From Pecten maximus (taxonomy: Eukaryota), in NCBI RefSeq assembly GCF_902652985.1, contig NC_047022.1, forward strand, positions 30,659,465 to 30,723,464: a stretch of DNA of 64,000 nucleotides, read 5' to 3'. The notes under the pieces were generated by a model, which saw only the letters and a list, made by a program, of their open reading frames with translations, made no database searches and had not been told where the DNA came from. Shown here one piece after another: positions 1-11,319 of the stretch. How positions within the stretch are numbered: the first letter of the stretch is position 1; each line of letters opens with the position of its first letter. Position numbers and translations under genes: made by a program.

Positions 1-559
1 AGAATGCAAAAAATCGAAAATGAAAAACAACAAGCTAAAATGATGGCCGATCTAATGAAAGCACTGATAAATAAGAACTAATAAGTTTCTACTGTATGAT
101 AGTGTAGTGCATACTAGCTATGTCCATGTAAGACAAATTGTTGTGTTTGACAAAACTATATAAGAACACATTTGATGGAAACATATTTTATATGTTAATT
201 TAAAATGAAATAAATAGAAACAAATGTACAACTTTCATTGTTGACTTTGTTTATCACTGATTCAGAACATTTTGAAATAATTTTCCAATTTAAAATATCG
301 GATGCATTGCAAGTATCATCCCGATATGTAACTCTGCAAAGTTGGGGGTTCCACACCGAAGAACTGGCTAGTCTGGTTACCATATAAACAGCTGTGACAA
401 TTAGTCGGAAGCGTTTCCTACCAGATAGTATTTGCCAAAAGGCTGCAAATACAACTTCAGGTTTTTCTTAATTAATCAAGAAAGGAAAACAGGGCAACGA
501 TTTTCTGGAATGTCCATTAGATGCATATACGAACAGCGGACATCTTTTTATGAAATAGT

Positions 560-1486
560 GCCTGGTTCGCCGTAACAACCCCTCCTCTGTATGGTGTGAT
601 GAGGTACGGCGTCGGCGGATAAGCCGGGTCCCCATACACCGCATAAATATCTCCAGTCAGCGTTAATTGTCATGTACTGGCGCATCTGTTGCTGAAGCTG
701 ACTCTCTCGCAACATGTCTTTTCCCTTCTATATAGGACCAAACATGTTTGCAACAAGGCCGTTAGGTGTAACTACACTTTGATATTTAAATGCATGCAAT
801 CTCTTATGACCATTGTATATCAGTTTCTGGTGCTGTGTGGGTCTACATACCGGCCGCACAGTTCCATTGACAAAACCCCAACAGTTAGGAAGAGGCCCCT
901 CACGTGCTCGGACGGCATTAACAAACTCATCCAGATTTTGCTCTGACAACCATGATCTATTCAGATCCCTTAACAAGTGTCCGTGAGTATCATGTAGAAA
1001 GTCCAAAAGTTCATTGATAATGAAAGACATAGCTGTGGACGATCTTCCAAAGAGAGAATACAAATCACTAAGACGGTTAGGGCATATCAAGCGTCTTAAA
1101 AGAATGCAGATGCCTTCAAGGCCGGAACATGTCGTCCTATTCGGACATTCAATTTTAGATGGTATTTGTAGAGCATGACACAACAATGGAATATCGTCCT
1201 TCTCAAACCGAAGCAAAGTTTTGCATTTCTCGTTCGTAATTTCTTCAAAATTAAACAATGGTTGTTCAGTCTCGAGCTCACCTCCTTTCAATGATAATAG
1301 CATAAGATCATCATCTTCTCCAATAGCAGCAAGCAGACGATAAGCGGCCATTCTGTCCTGAGCGCTACACTTTGTCATTGAATAAAATCCACCAATAAAA
1401 GCAGTTCTTCCTTTACACATACTCGTACACGTATATGCTTTGTAATACCAAAAAAATGGATGGATAGTATTGCAACAGCAATACAA
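560..1486 (-). pseudogene. Harbinger/PIF-type DDE transposase (DDE_Tnp_4, HARBI1-like) remnant
   Basis: The 252-aa ORF 1486-728 contains the DDE_Tnp_4 core (..LPNCWGFVNGTVRPVCRP..YNGHKRLHAFKYQSVVTPNGLVANMFGP). The expected continuation GDPAYPPTPYLITPY (HARBI1 LGDSGYPL.PWLLTPY motif) is present at about 633-589 but in a different frame, after an in-frame stop. This is a frameshifted, decayed copy. Confidence 0.6.
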
Positions 1487-1499
1487 AGTCCCCTGGCTG

Positions 1500-1990
1500 A
1501 CCTAGGAGTGCACCTATTTATTTCCCATTTTTTTAACTACATGTTATACTGATCATGTATACCAAGTTTCGTTAAAATCGGAGTAGTACTTTAAGTTTAG
1601 GAGGAGTTGTGCAGACAAGCTTCAACCAATGAGAAGCCGGCCGCCATTTTGAAAAATGTATTTTTGAAAAAAAAAATGTGGGATGCACAACTACATCTTA
1701 TACTGATCATGTATACCAAGTTTCGTTAAAATCAGAGTATTACTTTAGGAGGAGTTGTCCGGACAAGCCTCAACCAATGAGAAGCCAGCGGCCATTTTGA
1801 AAAATGTTTTTTTCGAAAATAAAATGTGGGATGCACAACTGCATGTTATACTGATCATGTATACCAAGTTTAGTTAAAATCTGAATAGTACTTTTGAAGG
1901 ATTTGTCCGGACAACTGCGTGATAGACAGACAGACAGACAGTCGGCCGGCCGGACGGACGGAGGGTAAACCTATAGTCCCCCCGTTTTTC
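1500..1990. repeat. HINE/pearl-like element body: ~160-bp unit x ~2.7, then (GACA)5, (GGAC/GGCC)n microsatellite and a small hairpin
   Basis: Direct repeats starting atgtgggatgcacaact.. at ~1678, 1818 and 1690-1850. The tail is gacagacagacagacagaca gtcggccggccggacggacgg followed by the hairpin ccgttt-ttc-aaacgg. Confidence 0.5.
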
Positions 1991-2099
1991 AAACGGCAAT
2001 GGACTAATAAGCATTACGTGTACGTGTACGTGTAGGTGTAGGCTACCAGTACCTGTACCCGTAAATGTAAGGTTGCTTAACCTCTCTATTTACCCAAGC

Positions 2100-2440
2100 A
2101 TGCTAAAGACTAAAGTCCATAATGCCTCTTGTTTATTGAGAAGAATTCGTTTAAATATTTCATACTATTTGACCCCTGTGACCTTAAATGTAAGTCAAGG
2201 TCATTCATTTGAACACACTTGGTAGCCCTTGACCCCAGTATGTAACTGGCCCAATATGAAGTCCCTGGGACCCTTGATTACTGAGAAGAAGTTGTTTCTA
2301 GATTTTAGCCTTTTTGACCCATGTGACCTTGGATATAGGTTAATGTCATCAATTTGTACAAACTTGGTAGTCCTTCACCTCTATATCCCACAGGGCCAAT
2401 ATCAGGTCTCTGTGCCTCATGGTTATTGAGAAGAAGCAGA
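2100..2440. repeat. ~110-bp tandem repeat x3 (motifs ..ttattgagaagaa.., ..gaccc..gtgacctt..)
   Basis: There are three consecutive related units. The same family recurs at 17340-17620. Confidence 0.5.
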
Positions 2441-2458
2441 GTGAGTGAGAGTTTGAAA

Positions 2459-3667
2459 TAACAAGAGGCGAATAGGGCCTGAATCACTCACCTGGATACA
2501 TGTAATTCAGTAATTATTGCAAAATAATTTAATTCAAGTTATACCAGGTATTTTAAATATTTTCCTACTTTTGAACTGCCTCTCCCAACAATGGTTCAAA
2601 CCACAGGTGCACAAAATCCTGTTATTCTTGAAAAAGAAACATTTTTATTATTTTCTTTGCCATATTTCCCCTATAAGGCCCCCTTTGTCCCACCGTAAGA
2701 GGGCCATATCCTTCGTTTATACAACAACAGATCTCATTTGGATAATTATTCTCCAAACCATATTTCATCAACATCCATTCAAGTATTCAGGACTAGTAGG
2801 GATTTAAAGGATTTACCTCAATTTCCCCTAATGGGCCCAGCCCTTCCGGCCCCAGGGGAGCCACACCCTCTGTTTATACAATGCTTAATCTCCTTTGCCC
2901 AATAACAACCCAGCCCAAATTTCATCAAAATCCATTCAAGTTCAAGTTTTTTATTAACTTTCAGGTGTTCAGGACTAGTAGCAGTTTAAAGGATTTACCT
3001 CAGTTTCCCCTCTTGGGCCCCGCCCCTCCAGCCCAGGTAAGCCAAATTCTCAGTTTAATCAAAATGTGAACTACAAGGTTGTAGTCACTTGTAGAATTGT
3101 TGTGTATGGTGTAAGAGAGGAAGACGGAGTCCAAGTCGTTGTATCTTGGTTTATTTACGTGTGTAGAACTGCTCAGTCCAGTCCTTGGAAACCGACTACA
3201 TAATATAGTAACATCTAACCTTTTATAGTCCTAAGTCCTAGGTATGAGTATACATGTATATGATTGATTGATTGATACATGATAATATGGAAGACGGCTG
3301 TCATATAGCCTAAGACAATATTAGATAACCATGTACAACATGTACCATTAATATCAGATCAACTACGTCAACAGGTAAACAGAATTGGTGCCAAAGGGCA
3401 AATGTGTTATATAAAAATACAGATCTAGGAATAAAATCTGATATATATTTTTAACTAAATTTTAAAATAATTTATTATATTTCATTCGTCCCTTTGTCAA
3501 AAATGATTTCAAATTAGATATAATTTCGACATCATATAAGTACGTTTGATCTCCTTTGCCCAATAATGCTCCAGCCCAAATTTCATCAAAATCTGTTCAG
3601 GACTAGTAGGGATTTAAAGAAATGTTGACGGACAACAGATGCTGTGCCATAGCATAATGGCAAAAAG
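2459..3667 (+). mobile_element. HINE/pearl-like non-autonomous element, subfamily A (head-array-tail)
   Basis: The head is aacaagaggcgaatagggcctgaatcactcacctgg. Internal units resemble ..gatttacctcaatttcccctaatgggcccagccc.. (2700-3060, 3540-3600). The tail gatttaaagaaatgttgacggacaacag..tgccatagcataatggcaaaaag has the same array-tail junction as the element ending at 25077. Bases 3060-3540 look like an internal insertion. Confidence 0.5.
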
Positions 3668-6600
3668 TTGACGCTGGAAGGACAGACGCCGTTCCACTGG
3701 CAGGGGAGCTAATAGTCAATTCGAAAACAGCCTTACCTGTAATTGATGGTGCAGTCCAAACTTTTAAAGATGTTGTCATATCCACAGTGTCTCCAGTCTT
3801 CTCATTTCCATCATATACTGATGTTTCTTGTAAGTCCTTCGCTTCATCAGTTTTCTTTTTTGTCATTTTTTCCTTGTCTGATTTGACTTTCTCATTAGTA
3901 GTTGCCCATTTCTTCCTTTCTTCATTATGCTTAATCCATTTTTTACTTTTACTTCCATGTTCTTCGTTTACTTTTTTCTTTCTTTCATCCTTGTCTTTAC
4001 TGCTGTCCATAGTATCCTTATTTTTTCTACTAGTTCTGACATGTTCACTGTATCTAGGCTTACTTTTATGGCATGTCCAATCTTTTGTCCCTCTTCTGTC
4101 TATTTCGATCTTTTCCTCTTGTTCTTCATTTCTATCATTTCTAAATCTGTCTTTACTATCATGACTTCTTCCCCTGTACCTTCTCTGCATATCTTGACTT
4201 GGACTTCTGCTGAAACTCCTCTGTCTATCCCGTCTCGTACTTCTTCTAAAACTCCTCTGTCTATCCCGTCTCATACTTCTGCTGAAACTCCTTCGTCTAC
4301 TTCGACTCATACTTCTGCTGAAACTCCTTCGTCTACTTCGACTCCTACTTCTTCTGAAATTCATCGGTCTATCCCGACTCAAACTTCCGCTGAAACTCCT
4401 CTGTCTATCCCGACTCCTACTTCTGCTAAAACTCCTTCGTCTACTTTGACTCAAACTTCTGCTGATACTCCTTCGTCTTCGTCGACTTCTACTTCTGCTG
4501 GAACTCCTTCGTCTTTGTCGACTTCTACTTCTGCTGGAACTCCTTCGTCTTTGTCGACTTCTACTTCTGCTGGAACTTCTTCGTCTTTGTTGACTTCTAT
4601 TTCTGCTGGAACTTCTTCGTGTTCTTTGCTTCAACCTTTGATTGGATTGTTTGTGGCTACCAATGTCAATATGCATACATATTGCTGATTCTGTGTCAAG
4701 ATTATCTAATTTTCTGTATGAAAACAAATCACCTGTAAAACCACAATGGGAAATACGGTCACCCATGCGACCCCCACCAAGACTACCTCTCCCACCCACA
4801 TCGGAACCACCTCTCCCATCCACACCGAGACCACCTCTCCCACCCACACCGGGACCGCCTCTCCCACCCACACCGGGGCCGCCTCTCCCACCCACACCGG
4901 GGCCGCCGCTCCCACCCACACCGGGACCGCCTCTCCCACCCACACCGGAGCCACCTCTCCCAACCACACCGGGGCCACCTCTCCCACCCACACCGGGGCC
5001 ACCTCTCCCACCCACACCGGGACCACCTCTTCCACCCCAGCCACGACCACACCTCTCTCCGACCCACACCGGGGCCACCTCTCCCACCCACACCGGGGCC
5101 ACCTCTCCCACCCACACCGGGGCCACCTCTCCCACCCACATCGGAACCACCTCTCCCACCCACACCGGGACCATCTCTCCCACCCACACCGGGACCACCT
5201 CTTCCACCCCAGCCATGACCACCTCTCCCACCCACACCAGGACCATCCCTAAAACCACCGCCGTAACCGCCCCTATCACCTCTAAAACCTCTACCTTGAC
5301 CATCTCTGCCAACACTACCTTCCCTAAAACTTTGACGAATGGAACTTCTTGAACCACAATTATACTCGTAATTTCCACTACCTCTACTGCCAAAACTTTC
5401 ATTTTGAGAAATAACTACACCACCAAAACCACCTCCAAAATACTGGGTAGTTTCTTCTGATTCAGTTGGCACTGTCTGGAGAGTATTCAAAGCTGCTGGT
5501 TTTGCAACAAATCCATATTCTTGCAATTTGGTAAGTGCACTGCTTGGTGTTGAAACACCTTGATAAGTTGAAGCTGCTTGCTTTGAAACTCCAGAGTTTA
5601 AACCTAGTGATGGTAAAGTGTTTAGTTCTGTTTGCATTGGAGCACCAAAGCAACTTGGAATACTACTCGGAGCTGCTAATGTTGTCAACCCAAAGCCAAA
5701 CCCCTGTGCTGGCACATCGCGTAGTGCAGCATGCAATGGACCTCCAAATGCAGATGTTTGATTTACAGTTAACCCAGAGCCCAAATCTTGTGTTGGTACA
5801 TTGTTTGTTGCTCTTTGAAGTGAAGTGTAAAATGAGAATGATGGACTTGGTAAACTGCTAGAAGTCGCTAGTTCTGAAGCGCCAAACAAGCCTAACCCTT
5901 GTCTTGGTACATCACTATGGGCTGTTTGAAGTGAAGCACCAAATGAAAATCCTTGATTCTGTAAACTGCTAGAAACGGCAGGTTTTGAAGCCGCAAAAGA
6001 GCCAAAACCATTTGTTGGGACATTGTTTGGGGTTGTTTGAAGAGAAGATTGTTGCCTTATCAAACTACTAGAAGCTGCTGTTTTTGAAGCCCCAAAAGAG
6101 CCAAAACCACCATGTGTTGGTACATCATTTTGTGTTGTTTGAAGTGAAGCACCAAATGAAGTCCCAAAATCAAACCCCTGTGTTGGTACATCTTTCAGTT
6201 TTGTTTGCGGTGATGCACCAAATTTTTGACAGACAGCAGCTCCAGATTTTGTTCTCCTCTTCCCTTGTTGGTAAGGAGGAGAGGTAGGCGTATAAAATGG
6301 ACTTGCTGGCTGATAAACAGCAGCAGTAGGTTTGTACATTGGGCTGCTTGGTGAATAGGATGGGCTGGTTGGTGAATAGGATGGGCTGGTTGGTGAATAT
6401 GATGGGCTGGTTGGTGAATATTTTGGAGATGTTGTTGTATATTCTAGTGACATTGGTGATAAGGCTGGGGTGGCTGGTGAATAATGGGGGTCCAGTGATG
6501 ATAAAAAATTGTCGGATAATTTAGAAGTTAGATCATAATCTAAATCAATTTCAATGTCTTCATCCACTATTTGGGAGGCTGTCCTTTTTCTGCTTGCATC

Positions 6601-7676
6601 TGTAGTTTTCCATACATTTTTATTACAATCCCCCGTGTTCAAAAGTTCAGTGGTTGAGTCTACCATCAATTGTTCCTCCTGCTCCTCTGCCTCCTCCTGC
6701 TCCTCCTCCTCAACCTGCTCCTGCTCCTCATCCTCCTCCGCCGCCTCCTCCTCCTGCTCCTCCTCCTCCTCCTCCTCTGCCTCCTCCTCCTCCTCCTCAT
6801 CCGCCTCATATATAATTCTTTTAGCACCACCTTTACCTAGCCCTTTCCCAGATTTCCTTGGTGCTCCCATTTTTGTGGATGACCTAATATCAGCAACAAC
6901 AGCAGATTTCCTTTCAAATTCTTCTTCAAATTCATCACAGGAACTGTCCTCCTCACTTTCATCAGTTTCAATGTGCTCTTTAGCAGGTACAGAAGAACGT
7001 CTGGCAGCTTTGGTTGCAATCTGTTTTCTTGGAATAAATGAAGATTCCCTTTCTGATGTTTCTTCAAATTCATCACAGGAACTGTCCTCCTCACTTTCAT
7101 CAGTTTCACTGTGCTCTTCAGCAGGTACAGAAGAACGTGGATTTCTGGTTAAAACATGTTCTCTTGAAACAGACAAATGCCTTTGTAGCTGACCAAGTTG
7201 TTTTTGTTGCTGTTGTTCCCATTGCAGAGGTTGCTGTTGTTGTTGCTGTTGTTGCTGCTGCTCCTGTTGAAGTTGTAATCGCTGAAGTTGTTGTTGCTGT
7301 TTTTCCCATTGCAGCGGTTGCTGTTGCTGTTGTTGTTGTTGCTGTTGCTCCTGTTGAAGTTGTAGTCGATGAAGTTGTTGTTGTTGATGTTGTTCCCATT
7401 GCAGCAGTTGTTGTTGCTGCTGCTGTTGTTGTTTTTGTTGTTGCTGCTGTTGTTGTTTTGTTGTTGCTGCTGTTGTTGTTGTTGAAGTTGTTGTTGATTA
7501 AGTTGTTGTTGTTCCCATTGCAGCGGTTGCTGTTGCTGTTGCTGCTGCTGTGGAAATTGCTCTTGTTCATATTGATGCAGTTTTGGCTTTAGAATTTGTC
7601 CTGGCTTAGCAATGCCCTGAAAAATATAGATTTTGATAACTTCTGGAGAAGACACATTTGATATGTTCTTTGACAT
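3603..7676 (-). CDS. Large low-complexity mosaic protein (polyQ, histone-tail-like peptides plus acidic tracts, CTD heptads, FG repeats, GGRGGPGV repeats, RS domain, KE-rich tail). Two frame slips inside repeats make it ~1300 aa if repaired.
   Basis: Three overlapping track ORFs on the minus strand (7676-7149, 7176-4783, 5402-3603) form one continuous open region. Repeat periods are multiples of 3 (24-nt octapeptide, 21-nt heptad), which supports protein coding. Frame 0 stays open upstream of 7176 (..[27 protein letters not shown]..). The slips lie at ~7480 (CAG/CAA run) and ~5035 (+4 nt in one octapeptide unit). The stop at 3603 lies in a HINE tail. Confidence 0.55.
4750..5400 (-). repeat. 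Coding 24-nt tandem array encoding about 27 copies of GGRGGPGV (RGG-type), with a frame slip near 5035
   Basis: The plus-strand unit is ctcccacccacaccggggccgcct. One variant unit at 5021-5070 carries +4 nt relative to its paralog at 5196-5240, and this shifts the frame between the 797-aa and 599-aa track ORFs. Confidence 0.6.
6271..6441 (-). other. RNA polymerase II CTD-type heptads (YSPTSPS x3 plus [28 protein letters not shown] variants)
   Basis: Residues ~246-302 of the 797-aa ORF. The 21-nt repeat is visible at 6340-6420 on the plus strand as ggtgaatag(g/t)atgggctg(g/c)ttg. Confidence 0.6.
6817..6882 (-). other. H3(9-17)-like STKMGAPRK fused to an H4(6-17)-identical [12 protein letters not shown] peptide, then RIIYEA and poly-E
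   Basis: Residues 99-123 of the 797-aa [14 protein letters not shown] matches the histone H4 N-terminal tail at 11 of 11 positions. Confidence 0.6.
6982..7032 (-). other. Histone H3 tail-like peptide [17 protein letters not shown] (cf. H3 16-31 PRKQLATKAARKSAPA; K27 position is R)
   Basis: Translation of the 797-aa ORF, residues 49-65. A shorter copy ([10 protein letters not shown]) lies ~35 aa upstream, in a 120-bp tandem duplication that also encodes [12 protein letters not shown]. Confidence 0.6.
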
Positions 7677-7937
7677 AGGAAATAGCTTAAATGATCCTAT
7701 ATCATGTCACAAATAAAATACAAATGAAATTACACAGATTTTAAGACATTATATTGAACTGATAGGGCTGCCAATGCTGGAGGTCCCTCGTAGGGATTGT
7801 TCAGAGTGGGAGATTAAGCTCTACATCATTTTATAAATGAATATTAAATTGTTTCTGTGCACTGGTTTTTATCACATTATTCCATCAAATTGTTTCATCA
7901 CTTAAATTTAACATAATTTAGATCTACCTGATTATCA

Positions 7938-8370
7938 AAGAAGAGGCCCATGGACCTAAACAGTCATCTGACTCTAAAGACCCTTGTACTATTGTAGTAT
8001 ACATACTCAGTAGCAAGTACAGTGGCACTGTTAGCCATGGTGGCCATCTTGGACTTTGGGACCAACCCGAAAAATAACAACACTTGGTCAGGACTATCTC
8101 AAGATCATTTCAGGTAAGTTAGAGCTGAATCCCACTTGTGAAACTTGAGAAGAAGTTTGAAATAGGAGTTGTTTAGGAAGACCATGATTGCACAATCATG
8201 TTACAAAATGGCCGTCGTGTCTGCCATGTCAAAGTTTTTACGATGCTGAAAAATAACAACACTGTGTTTGCTTCCCTTCCTTAACATCCTCACCAATTTG
8301 GCACAAAATGGCACCAGTGGAACTGGAGAAAAAGTTTAAAATGTGTTTTCAAGATAGCTGCCATCTAATA
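7938..8370 (+). mobile_element. HINE-like element fragment, subfamily B (head plus ~2 units, no tail)
   Basis: The head is aagaagaggcccatggacctaaacagtcatctgactc. The ~190-bp units match the array at 18600-19930. Confidence 0.5.
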
Positions 8371-8586
8371 ATGTAATAGTGCTATGACATATTCATGACA
8401 TGGCCCTATCATATGACATGGCAGAATGGGCCAGTTATGTAATAACATGGAATAAATTATTATAAATTACAGAGTTATAATCATACTTATTGACACTGCA
8501 AGGTGAATTAAGTATGGCTATTCAGAAATGGGTTTAGACACAATAGAATACACCCAGGTGTTGGCATTATGCCCTATTAGAAATGA

Positions 8587-8690
8587 TCATGTTACCTTGT
8601 AAGGAATCGTAGACGATTTCAGGGTTTGTATTGTAGAAGGTACTCCGCCTCGCAGACGCATTACCAGGAAGATAGGATTATTCTGCAGAT
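8587..8690 (-). CDS. Ubiquitin-like domain, C-terminal exon (..[16 protein letters not shown], then VPSTIQTLKSSTIPYKVT-stop)
   Basis: The acceptor is ttttttccgcag|ATCTGCAG. It is in phase with exon 12418-12236 (G + AT = D). The peptide matches the ubiquitin C-terminus ..STLHLVLRLRGG. The 3' end is uncertain: there is an alternative donor AAG|gtaaca at ~8596. Confidence 0.6.
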
Positions 8691-9570
8691 CTGCGGAAAA
8701 AATATTATTCAGATGATAACCACACGTCACTGAGATACCGATGTAATAACCTATACAATTACATTCTTCCTGCTTAATTTTTTTTAATCTTTTATTTTTT
8801 GTTTTTTTTTTTAATTTTAAAGACATTTATGTAATTTATCACAAATTAATATAATCTTTTACCCTGGTTTGTGTGAGTCATGGAATCTAAAGTTATCCTA
8901 TATGAGGATTGCTGAGTATTGCAGCATAAGAATTTGTCCTGGGGGTAGAGATCTCCCCTACCTCACTCCAAAGGAAGTGTAAGATTAATAAACACTTGAA
9001 ATTCAAGTTGGCTGCATCCATAATCAATTATTAGGATTCATTACATATTCGCCTGTTTGTTCAAATCCTAGAAATTTAATGCATTTTCAGCTACTGTCAA
9101 ATTAACCTTCTTCCCTTTAAATACACAGTAACTGCAAAATGCCTATCCCGCTTATAATTTGTAAATGAAATGTTTCTTTATAATGCATTTCAAATCAAAT
9201 ATGAAGGCTGTGGAATTTGTTTGATGGAAAACATGGAGAATTGTCAATATACTGATGATTATAAAAAATTACTATTAATTATTGAATCAGTTGATGTTAA
9301 TCAATTATTTAACTAATTATATCCCAATATTCAAATACGTTCCACATTATGGATGTTACCGTACTTTGGGATATTTTGGATGTTGTTGTATTTTGGTTTA
9401 TTTGGCGCCTGGGGTGAATGAGCCAAAATTAAACACACCAAAATTTCACAAAAAAAAATTGTCAAAACAATATCCGGATTATAGCAACCGTCTTTCCGTT
9501 CATTAACTACATACCCATTACTAGCTTCCGCGACCTGTGTTGATGTGTGTTGGAATATTGTTTTTTGATA

Positions 9571-10510
9571 ACAATAGGTCCAGAGAGCCTGTATCGCTCA
9601 CCTGGTTTCGCATGAAACAAGAATGATGCTTAAGAATATTTGTCGCTAGTAATGCTATGTCAATATCATAAGCATCTCATATGGGTACAATCACATGTAC
9701 ATTGGTTTTATTGTAATTCTAAAAATGTGAGGTTTTTATGCCAAAAGGTGCATTAATCCATGAAATGAAATCGACTTTTGGCGCAACCCCATATAGATGC
9801 TACCATACAAATGTGAGTGATATCCATTGCTTAGTTTTAGAAAAGAAGTTGTTTAAACCAATTGACTCCTTTTGACCCTGCCCTCTGCCCCTGGGGGTCA
9901 GCTCCTTCCTTTATACAATTTTGAATCCCTACCCCAAAAGGATGCTACCTGTCAAATATGTGAGATATCCATTGCTTAGTAGCAAAGAAGAAGTCATTTA
10001 TATCAATTCTGCCAAAATGACCCCTTTTGGCCCCACCCCTCAGCCCCCAGGGGGTCATCCCTGTCATTTGTACAATTTTGAATCCCTACTCGAAGGGGAT
10101 GCTACCAGTCAAATATGAGAGATATTGATTGCTTAGTTTCAAAGAAGAAGTCATTTATATCAATTCTGCCAAATTGACCCCTTTTGGCCCCACCCCTCAG
10201 CCCCCAGGGGGTCATCCCTGTCATTTGTATAATTTTGAATCCCTACTCCAAGGGGATGCTCACTATCAAATATGAGCAATATCCATTGCTTGGTTTCAGA
10301 GGAGAAGTTATTTAATATATCAATTTAGCCAAATTGACCCCTTTTGGCCCAGCCCCTCAGACCCCCGGGGGGTCAGCCCAACCATTTGTACAATTTGAGT
10401 CCCCATCCCACAGGGATGCTTCTGACCAAATTTGGTCAAATTCTGATCTGTGGTTATGAAGAAGAAGACAATTGTTGATGGACGGACGGCCGACCAGGTG
10501 AGCTAAAAAC
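9571..10510 (+). mobile_element. HINE/pearl-like element, subfamily A
   Basis: The head is ..ggtccagagagcctgtatcgctcacctgg. The body is ~4.5 units of ~150 bp (..ttgaccccttttggccccacccctcagcccccagggggtca..). The tail is gttgatggacggacggccgaccaggtgagctaaaaacg. Confidence 0.6.
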
Positions 10511-11319
10511 GCGTCAATAAAGGTATGTTTTCATCTAAATGTGTCATAAAATTCATTCACATTGTTTTCATATTGATTGTTTTATTAGCTGTGTTCAAGG
10601 ACAAGTCGCATCTTGATCGATCGATTCACTTGTGTACAAAGGGAAGACTGTTTTCCTGTGCAACCAGGTGAGACGAAATACAAAAGACTTTCATAGCGTA
10701 ATGAACAAACATATCAATTACATAACTACTGGTAAGTGCCCAAATTTAACACACCGATATTTAACCACCCTATTTTGAGCAAAAAACGCCAAAATATCCC
10801 AAAGTACAGTAGTAGTGAATCACCAACAGAACCAGGATAGAATCCAATGTACTTAATATATAATCCTCCTGGACCCAGTTTTATCAACGTTCCTTATCTT
10901 ACAAATGTAACCCTTTCATCCCTAGTGACCATATTGGACTTCAAATTATGAATGAGTGGCACAGTCCATTAAGTTTCTTAGGGTTGAAAGGGTTAAGGAA
11001 ATCCCTGAACTTGAAATTTTCCATAAGAAAGCATTATTGGAATAAGGAAGAATCTTAATAGTTAAAGGGTCTTTACTTAAACGCTGCAATGCTTTCCAAT
11101 GGGAAATTTCCTTAAGTTAAGGAATAATGATGAAACTAGACTGTAGAGGTCTGGTACTCTGTAATAATGCTATAATTAATTATGGCTTGAATAAATTAGA
11201 CTCCAGATTTGTTAAATGAACTAGATTACTGAAATGTCAGCGAGGGGCCCGCAATGTGCCATTTTCTATACCTGAACTTAACCAAAGTCATACACTGACA
11301 TAGAATTATTACTTATATG

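Noticed and set aside
3787-5352. Plus-strand ORFs (125-253 aa) rich in S/T/P (TSAETPSS.., PPTPGPPLP..) and 6554-7192 (poly-S/C/A)
   Set aside because: These are antisense frames of the minus-strand low-complexity coding repeats (RS, RGG and acidic tracts read in reverse). The minus-strand reading has the biologically coherent motifs.
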